A DNA stretch of 64,000 nucleotides, from positions 62,001-126,000 of the forward strand of contig MCFH01000017.1 in assembly GCA_002104945.1 (NCBI GenBank). The letters run 5' to 3'. The position numbers and the translations under genes were made by a program. This stretch comes from Piromyces finnis finn (Eukaryota > Fungi > Neocallimastigomycota). Position 1 is the stretch's first letter; each line of letters begins with the position of its first letter. Below the pieces are notes generated by a model. It saw only the letters and a program-made list of their open reading frames with translations, did no database searches and was not told the origin of the DNA. This document shows, piece by piece, positions 53,249 to 64,000 of this stretch.

Positions 53249-53854
53249 TTTTATTATTATTAATTATAAAATTCTTTATATTATCATTTAATCTATTTTT
53301 ACTTTTATTTTATTATATTTTGCTTTATTGTTTTTGTTTTCTATACTTTTTTTTTTTAATTAATATTTATTATTATGATTTACTTTTTTTTTTTTTATTT
53401 TAAAAAAATTATAATTTTATTATTATTTTTCTATTTTTTTTATTTTATTTTACTTTTTTCTCCCTTTCTTTCTTTTATATTTTTGTTATTTTTTTTTTTT
53501 TTTAATTACTATCTTATGTCAAAGTCTTATTTAAAAAAAAAAAAAAAAATTAAAACGTTTTAGAAAAAAAGAGAAAAATTAAATAAATACATAGTGGTAT
53601 ATTGCTTTTCTTTTCTTTTTTTTTTTTTTATAGGTTACTGTATCTTTATAAACTTTTATTTTTTATAATTATTAAACTATATAAAATAATGATGATATTA
53701 TCATTTCTACTAAGGTTGATATGATTTAAAAGTAAAATATGAAAAGAGAGAAAAATGGGTTTGATGAAAAAAGGTATGTGATTAAAAAAAAAAAAGATGA
53801 AACTATATAAAAGAAACAAAAAAAAAAAGGTTTATACGATAAATAAATCAAGAT

Positions 53855-55531
<1,677 letters not shown>

Positions 55532-56691
55532 TGCGTTATTATTTGTTATTTTCAAACTTTTTTTTTTTTTTTACTATTATAAATATATAATAATGTTGTT
55601 GCTGTTGTTTTTTTTATATATTATTTTCTTTCTCTCTTTTATTTATTTTTTTTCCCTTCTATTTCTCTCTCTTTTTTATTTTTGTCTTTCTTTAATAATT
55701 ATTATTAAATTGAAGATTTCCAATTAACAATTTTTTTTTGTTGTTGTTATTATTTCCTATAATTTTATTTTATTTATTTTTTTTTTTATTTCTTCTTCTT
55801 CTTTCTTTATTTCCTTTTTGATGTTATTTATGGATGTTGAATTAATTAAAAAAAATTGAAATTTTTGAAATTTTTAAAAAAAAAAAAAAATTCTAAAGAT
55901 AAAAAAAAAAAATAAAAAAAATTTTTTATTATAAAATAAAATAAAATAAAATTTTTAAAATGAAAAAAGATTGGCTAAAAAATTTTTTTTCATTTCTTTT
56001 TATCTTTAGAATTTTTTTTTTTTTTTAAAAAATATAAAAAAAAAGAAATAAAAAAATATTGAAACCTTTTTTTTTAAAGAAAAAACTGTTCTTTTTTTTT
56101 TTTTTCTTTTTAAAAAAAAGAAACTTTTTTTTTTTCATTATTTTTTTTTAAATAAAACTTTTTTTTTTTTTTGGAATTTTTTCAATTAAATTTGACATAT
56201 AAATAGAATTATGGCTGATACTATATAAAATAAATAAATTAATATTTGAATTTGATTTAATAATCGTATTATTGAATATTTTGTAGTGGCTTTATATTTA
56301 ATATGTATATAATAATTAATTTTAAAATTTTAATTTAATAAATTAATAAAAATAAAAATAAAAATAAAAAAAAAAAAAAGAAAAGCGCAGTAAAAAAGAA
56401 AAAAAAGTTAAAGTTTTCTTTCTTTTTTTTTTTTTTTTTTTTTTTATTTTTATTTTTATTTTTATTTTTATTAAAAAAAGGTAATATTAATAATAATAAC
56501 AATGAAAAGTAATTCTTTTTTCTTTTTTAATTAATAATAAAAAATTATTTTTTTTGATTGTAAAAAAAAAAAAAAGTTTTTTAGTTTCAATTAATTAAAA
56601 AAAAAAATTTTTTTTTTTATTAATTAAAAAAAGAAAAATAATTTTTAAAAGATTTCGAATTAAGAAAATTTCAAGAATTAAATAAATAAAA

Positions 56692-57750
56692 ATGATAAGT
56701 ACCATGTCAGGCTTAACTAAACAAGTCGAGCAAATAAAGTTAACTCTTAAAAAAATAGAAACAAATGTTTCATCAGTAACTTATGATGAAGTTATTTCAG
56801 CATTAAATGAAATTTATACTATTATTATAGGTGAATTTTCCATTCCTAAATTTGACCTTTTAATTTTAAAAAAATAATTGACTTTTAAATTACTTTTTTT
56901 TTTTTTTTATGTTTCTGTCAATAACAATTATATAGCTAAAAAGGAAAGAGAAATCAAGGAAATATTTTCTTCTTTATCATTTAATACCATTATTTTATTT
57001 TTACAATATGAAGAAATCGAAGATAAAATTATAAAAATTTTAGAAGAATTTATTCAATTTGTTTCAATTGAAGCTATTGTCGATCAATATGAGGTTGATA
57101 TTTATATATATATTTTAAATAATTTTATTTTACAACAAGAGAAAGAGGAAAAAAAAAAACTAATTATAACTATTGAAAATAAATATATAAAGGATTTCAT
57201 AAATATTGGTTTAACCAACGAAAAAGAAAATATAGTCAAATTAACACTTCAAGAATTAATCAATGGAATTGAAAAAAATAGTCAATTATGTGGTGTTATT
57301 GTAACTTATCCTACCAATTTTTTTTTTTTTTTTTTTAATAATCATTTTAAAATTTTAACAATTTCATTTATTTTATTTTTTTTTTCTTTAAAAAAAGGCT
57401 ACTAAATTTTTAGATAAAATAGTCAATTGTTTCTCTTTACATGTACAATCCATTACAAAATTAGTTTCAAAATTAATGGGAGAGGTAACATTACCTTTAT
57501 TTTTTTTAAGAAAAATAATAATAATAATGAATAATAAATAAAAAGAATATAATATATATATATATATGTATATATACTTTATAAAATTTAAATTTATTAT
57601 AGATATTATCCAAAAATGAAGTTTGTCTCGATTTATTCTTGGAAAAAGATTCATTAAATGCCTTACAAAATCAATGCAACATGTAATTAATAAAATTTTT
57701 TATAATAACATAAATATAACAAAAAAAAAAAAAAGTAGAATAAAATTAGT

Positions 57751-57828
<78 letters not shown>

Positions 57829-58080
57829 GTAATAATAATATTAATTAAACAACGTTTATAAAAATTTTTTTTACTCTATGTAGGAGTGAAGTTGTTAAAT
57901 TTACAATTTATGATTTAATAGTCACCATAAGTTCTGTTAATGATTCCAATTTTGAAAAATGTAAAAAAGCTGGTTTATTTGACTCTATGATAAATGAAAT
58001 CAATTCAAAGGATATTTTAGTTAAACTTAATACCATAGAACTCTACATAAAGGTATATAATAATATAAAATGGTAGTCTT

Positions 58081-58115
<35 letters not shown>

Positions 58116-60187
58116 GAGATATAAAATTCAAGATAAAAAATTATTAGTTTCAACTCTATTTACTAAATTATTATCTTATTTCAATTTTTATTTTATTTTT
58201 TTTTTAAAATAAAATATATATCTCAATTTACTCAATATATACAACCAACCAACAACAACAACACAAACACACACATACACACTAGTTACTCTCCAATAAA
58301 AATCTTTACAACTTTTTTGAAAAATCAGAAATTATGTCAAAATTAATTGAAAAATTAAAAAAAGATCCAAAGGATGAAAATAGTAACTTGGAAGACAAAT
58401 TATTTTTACACGGTATCATAAAATTCTTTGCTAGTCTTGCTGATATTAATGTAAGAATAGAAATTATATATTATTTGTTGTTGTTGTTTTTATACTTGTT
58501 CAAGTGTATAAAGATAGATATTAATTGAATAATCTTTAATAATTTATTGTACTATAAGATGAATTCTTTTATTGATATTCAAAATAAATATGATTTATTA
58601 GCTTCTCTTGAAAATCTTTTTAATGAAGGTGATATTTCTTCAAAGGTAAAATTTCTCTCTTTTTTTTTTTTTTTAATTGGATTCAATGAATTATTTCTCT
58701 AAATGAATTTAAACTCCTTTTTAGTAAAATGAAAAAAAAAAAAAAAAGAAAAAATCTATATTTAATTTATTATCTAACCTCTACATACAACCTCTATCTA
58801 TACAATTTATGTATATATATAATATTTTTATATAATATTTATATAATAACTTTTTTATTTATTTTTTTATCTACCCCAATAAAGGAAATAGTATTGATAA
58901 CTTTAGGAAGTATTGGTTCTAGTTATGAAGGTTTAAAATTAATTTATAATCAAAAAAGTCTTTTAAATACCGTATTAGATTATTATCCATCCTTATCAGG
59001 AAACTTGAAAACTGTATTTTTACAAAATATTTCATGTATCTTAACTCTATGGTAATTTTAATTTTAATGAAATACTAATACTTATTTTAATGATTATGTC
59101 CCTGGTGAAGAATATACTAGACAACATACTATTATTTAATACAAGATAGATACTAATCCAAATTAATATTCTATTTTTTTTTTTTTTTTTTTTTTTTACA
59201 ATGCATATACATACGACGATACGCTTCTACTCTAATGAATGCCATCTTTTTTTTTTTTTTTTTTACAATTTCATTCTATTAAAATTATATTAGTAAATTG
59301 TCAGATGATGTTGAAATAATGACTCAAACTATTTATCAACGTATTCAAGGTAAAATTTAATTTTTTTTTAATATAATAAAATTTGGTAAAAAAAAGTAGA
59401 TCTTTTGGCGGATAAATTTAAAAGTTTATGTCAAACTGGCAAATGCAACTTTTAAGGGAAAAGAAATAATAAAAAAAAAAAAAAAAATATTTATTTACAA
59501 TGACAATATAATCTTATTCTAAATATTTATCTCTTTGGTGATATACGATGTTAATCTTTAACTCTCTTTAAATTTTAAAAGGTAAACCAAATACATTAAA
59601 AGAATTATTACAAATTGGTAATCAAGTTTTTGAAGAATCAAGAATTTCAGTCTATGCTGTTCTTAAAGGAATAGCTGTTCATAACTGGGGATTAAAAGTA
59701 AATCGAATTTTTTTTTTTTTTTTTTGATAATCTCAAACACTATAAATCTATTTAATATTTAATCCTTTTTATTAATAATGATTAATAAATCTTTTTTTTT
59801 TTTTTTTTTTTTACTCATCTCTATACCCATTTATATCTATATACCCATCTATATCATTATACCCATTTATATCTATATACCCATTTATATCTATATACCC
59901 ATCTACATCAATATACTTATCTATATCAATATACCCATTGATATCAACATCAATATCAGGAATTAGACAATTCACCTGAATTTATAAAATTTATTTTAGA
60001 TAGAAGTCAAGAATCCAATCGTTTAGGTCAAGATTGGAAATATTCTATTATTGAAACTATGGTCATTCATCCATCATCATCAAAGTACGTTCGTCCAGAT
60101 ACCCTTGTAAAATTCAAAGTATATTTAAAACAAGGTCCATATTATAAATATATTGAACCAAAAGTTGTTGTTAAAGGTGCCAATTAA
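56692..60187 (+). CDS. PSMD5: 26S proteasome regulatory-particle chaperone PSMD5/Hsm3 (S5b), about 12 exons, ARM/HEAT-like
   Basis: Exons include LFLHGIIKFFASLA, IVLITLGSIGSSYEGLKLI, QVFEESRISVYAVLKGIAVHNWGLK and ELDNSPEFIKFILDRSQESNRLGQDWKYSIIETM...YLKQGPYY...PKVVVKGAN*. The C-terminal DR..E......KY..I and YL..GPYY motifs are typical of PSMD5. Confidence 0.88.
57756..57840. repeat. (AAT)n microsatellite in a PSMD5 intron
   Basis: Direct reading. Confidence 0.93.
59817..59945. repeat. Degenerate 18-bp minisatellite (ATCTATATACCCATTTAT) in the last PSMD5 intron
   Basis: About 7 copies that become progressively more degenerate toward the acceptor at 59959. Confidence 0.85.
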
Positions 60188-60215
60188 GAAAAAAAAATTA
60201 TCTATTAATAGTAAA

Positions 60216-60263
<48 letters not shown>

Positions 60264-60570
60264 CAAATCATTGTCTTTTATTAATAATAAATATATAATT
60301 AATGTAGTATTAATAAAATAAAATAAAAAAAAAAAGTAAATCCCAATCCCATTGTTTCATTTTCTTTAACACCAATACCAATACGAATAAAAAAAAAAAA
60401 AACGGAAATGGAAATGGAAATGGAAATGGAAAAATGACAATTAAAATTTATTAAAAAAAAAAAAAAAATTAATTAAATTCCTGCCTAATCCGTCGATGAC
60501 TAATCGAATTTTAATTTAACAAAGTTTAATAGAAAAAAAAATTTTTTTTTTTTTAAAATTAAACCGTTTA

Positions 60571-60823
60571 TTTTTTAAAGTGTAATTTTTATTTTTTTTT
60601 ATTTTTTTATTTTTTTTTATTTTTTTTTTATTTTTTTATTTTTTTATTTTTTAAAGTGTAATTTTTATTTTTTTTTATTTTTTTTTATTTTTTTATTTTT
60701 TTTTTATTTTTTTATTTTTTTTTATTTTTTTATTTTTATTTTATTTTTATTTTATTTTTTTTTATTTTTTTATTTTTTTTTATTTTTTTATTTTTATTTT
60801 ATTTTTATTTTTTTTTTATTTTT
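60571..60823. repeat. T-rich simple satellite (T5-9A)n with a duplicated TTTTTTAAAGTGTAATTTTT anchor
   Basis: The anchor occurs at about 60571 and about 60647, each followed by TnA units. Confidence 0.85.
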
Positions 60824-61771
60824 GTGTGAAGTGTGCGTATTATTAAATAGAGAGATTTAATTTTTTTTTATAGAAGAGAGAGTGATAGATACCATTTTAA
60901 CCCTTTCTTTTTTTTTTTTTAAAAAAAAAAAACTATGGAATGATGATGCTTTAATTAAATCAAAAGATTAAAAATTCATATTTAGGATGAACTTTATTCA
61001 ATACCACCACTCATTTCTAATAATAAAAAAGGATGATTAAACTTTTCTTAATCTTTTTTATAAAATGTCAAAAAAATTAATTGTTATCCTTAGCATACAT
61101 TCTCAAATTTTCTTTTTTTTTTTTTTATTTTTAAAAAAGAAGGATTATGTTATGTAATTCATTAACAATTCAAAAAAATGAAAATTTTTTTATTTATTAA
61201 ACTTTATAAAAAGAAGGTCAAAAAATAATTTTTTATTTTTTAATAGAAAGGTAATTCACAATTTTTTTTTTTTGGACTTTTTAAAAAAAATAAAAAACAA
61301 TTTTTATTTATTTTAATATTACATTTTTTTAAAAATAATAATTATAATTAGAGTAATCATAACAATTATTCTATTTTTTAAAGAAAGATTAAGGCATGCC
61401 TTTATTTTTTTTAAAAAAAATAAAAATAAAAATAAAAATAAAAATCACTTTATTTTTAAATTTAATTTATTTTGTTACATTTAACATCTTTAAATAGTTA
61501 AATTGAATGATAATTTATTTATTTATTTATGGCATTAGCTACAATGCTGGAACAATGGTACAAATGTGGTAGGATTACTTTTGATGGTTTGTTGTTACGT
61601 TGATTTAATTAAAAAAAAAAAAAAAAAACGGTGCATGACACTTTTTTTAAATTAAAATATTTAATATTATTCTTTTTTTTTTTTTTAAAAAAAAAGATGT
61701 AACAACAACTACAATCTCTTAGTATGCCATACTTTTTTTTTTTTCATCTTACCAAGACATAATTTATATCT

Positions 61772-62009
61772 AAGAGAGGGACAGCATTGTAGTTGTGAAA
61801 TATCGTACAACGACATGCATCTAATGTACATGGATTAAGTGAGCGTCGAAGCTGAAGAAACAGTATGACAGACCAGGAGGGTCACAACCACCTAGCAATA
61901 GGAATGAGCCAACGTTTCTCTAAGAACCACCATTGGAGCTAACTCTGATCGATGGGAGAAATGCACTCGGAAGTTAAAAAAAAAAAAAAAAAAAAAAAAG
62001 AGAGGGACA
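61772..62009 (+). mobile_element. Retroposed insertion (SINE-like or 5'-truncated LINE end): 192-nt body, A24 tail, target-site duplication
   Basis: (AA)GAGAGGGACA at 61772-61783 and at 61998-62009. Body 61784-61975 has 85/192 G+C (44%). Poly(A) runs 61976-61999. Confidence 0.85.
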
Positions 62010-63885
62010 TTTATTATATAATAATATAACTTTTATTATTAGTATTGTTATTATAGCTTACTACTTTTACATTTTATTTATGAAAAGTTTTATAGGATTA
62101 AATGTCATTTTACATTTACTTTTATATATATCAACAAGTCACTTTTTTTCTATTCCTACAAGTCCTATCCAATACGTAAATACGTAGATACGTAAATACG
62201 ATACATTTTTCCTGTTCCCTTTTTTCCTTGTCAATACAATACAAATTTTTTATTCATAAAATTTAATTTATTTTTTAATATAAATATTAATAAAAAAAGT
62301 TACTATTATCCATACCATTTTTATATTTAATTTTTAATTTAAATTTAATATAAACTTTTTTTAACATCATCATCCACAATTTCAAATTTTTCAAATTTTT
62401 TATATAAAAATAGTCATGGTTTGTAACGTAACAAAAAAAAAATTTTTTTTTCTTTTTTGGTGAATAATAACCTTCCTAAATTGGATGTTTCTTTTTGGTA
62501 ATATGACCTTGAAATAAATTAACCAATTTTGATGACTTTATGACCTATTCAAATCTAATAAAATAATACTAATTTAATAGGAATATGAAATCTATAGAAT
62601 ATATTAATGATGCTTATCAGTGGTGGATAAATAGTAAAAAAAAGAGAGAAAAGATTATTATAGAATATTAAGTAAACCCTAAATGATAATGTAATTATTA
62701 TTGTTATATTGATGTTGATATTAAAAAAAAAAAAAAATCCTATAGGAAAATAGAAAAAGAATGAATCAATACATTAGGTCTACGTCATTTAGCCAAATTT
62801 TAATTATAAAAATAGATAGTTATTAAATAGTAGTGGATGACTATAGGCAATTTAAAAAGTATTAATACTAATGATAACCGCCGGAAACACTCCTAACACA
62901 ATGATGATAATAATTGTAGTAATATAATAAAGTAGGAATAAAAGATTTCTTTATTTAAAAATATAACATTAGAAATAAAGAATCACGGAATATTTTTTTG
63001 TTTTATTTTTTATTTTATTTTCCTTTTAAAATACCTTTTTTTTTTTTAAAAAAAAAACAAATTCAAATTTCCCTTTTTTTCATTTTTTATTTCCCATTCA
63101 AAAAAAAAAATTCCTTTGACATTTATTTACCAAAAAAGGAATTTGTCTAATAAAGAATTAAATACAATTATTTTCCTTTTTTGGAAAATTATTTAAGATG
63201 AATAATAAATAAAGTTTATCATTAAATTAAAAATAAATTGACACTTATTATTATTATGGATTTTATTATTTAATTATTTAGTATTCATTTTTTTTAATTT
63301 ATTTATAATATAATTATTATCTATTCATTGTTCTATTTTAATCTTAAAAAAAAATGTTTTGATTATTATTTTTATTGGTCTCCCTTTTTAATAGAAAAAT
63401 TTAATTTATTTTAAATTAAAAAATACACTTTTGAATAGATTAAAATTTTAAATTAAATTTTTAATAGATTAAAAATTAATTATTTATTTATATAGATTAA
63501 AATTTTAATAAAAAAAAAAAAGAGTCAAAACATAAATTAAAATTCTTTTTTTTTTATTATAATGTAATATTAAATAAATTAGAATTTAATGTTTCACCTT
63601 TTAAATTAAAATTAATAATAATAATAATAATAGTAAAAATAAGAAGAAGAAGAAGAATAATAAAAGGAAAGAAAAAAGTACAAATCTTTATATTCTCCTA
63701 AATTGAAAGTGGTAAGTTTTTAATTTATTATCTATTGACTATTTTAGTATGGATTAAAGTTTAAAAAAAAATGGGTAAAAAATAGAATAAATAATAATAA
63801 TAATAATAATTATTATTATTATTATAATAATCAAAGGTGAATGAATAAATAAAGACATTTATTAAAAGACTTTTTATTAATAATA

Positions 63886-64000
63886 AATGACGCTTTGATA
63901 GTCTTTAGAATATATTATCAGGAATGATGCTTTGATAGTCTTTAGAATATATTATCAGGAATGACGCTTTGATAGTCTTTAGAATATATTATCAGGAATG
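63886..64000. repeat. 37-bp tandem minisatellite running off the window end
   Basis: AATGA(C/T)GCTTTGATAGTCTTTAGAATATATTATCAGG starts at 63886, 63923 and 63960, with a partial fourth copy at 63997. The units abut with no spacers. Confidence 0.95.

Noticed and set aside
61850-61965. Hammerhead, twister or HDV-like ribozyme inside the retroposed element (CTGAAGA; CTAACTCTG; GGTCACAACC)
   Set aside because: CTGAAGA lacks a properly placed stem II and CGAAA; the twister-like words are in an incompatible arrangement and lack the AAGC loop; I could not build an HDV nested pseudoknot by eye. A covariance-model search is needed to exclude these fully.
63886-64000. CRISPR array
   Set aside because: The 37-bp units are directly adjacent with no unique spacers, there are no cas genes, and the context is eukaryotic.

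Overview
This is eukaryotic nuclear DNA, extremely AT-rich (introns and intergenic DNA are mostly poly-A/T and ATT microsatellites), with many short GT-AG introns. A fungal STE12 and a flagellar CFAP65, together with this composition, point to a zoosporic anaerobic gut fungus (Neocallimastigomycota); that assignment is inference. I reconstructed eleven spliced protein-coding genes by hand: CtIP/Ctp1 (-), an atypical Rab7-like GTPase (-), CFAP65 (-), EME1 (-), STE12 (+), TRS33/TRAPPC6 (-), an orphan gene (-), tomosyn/SRO7 (-), MED22 (+), PEX26 (-) and PSMD5/HSM3 (+). Most short ORFs in the supplied track are low-complexity artefacts or single exons. The most notable observations are: (1) a 192-nt, 44% GC, hairpin-rich insertion with a 24-nt poly(A) tail and a 10-12 bp target-site duplication at 61772-62009, apparently a retroposed structured RNA; (2) an in-frame TAA in the tomosyn R-SNARE helix, followed in frame by the conserved KKWYQL terminus; (3) a PEX26 peroxin in a presumed anaerobe; (4) a Rab7-like GTPase with a ~130-aa insertion between G4 and G5. 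I found no tRNA, rRNA or CRISPR array. Family assignments come from remembered motifs, not database searches.
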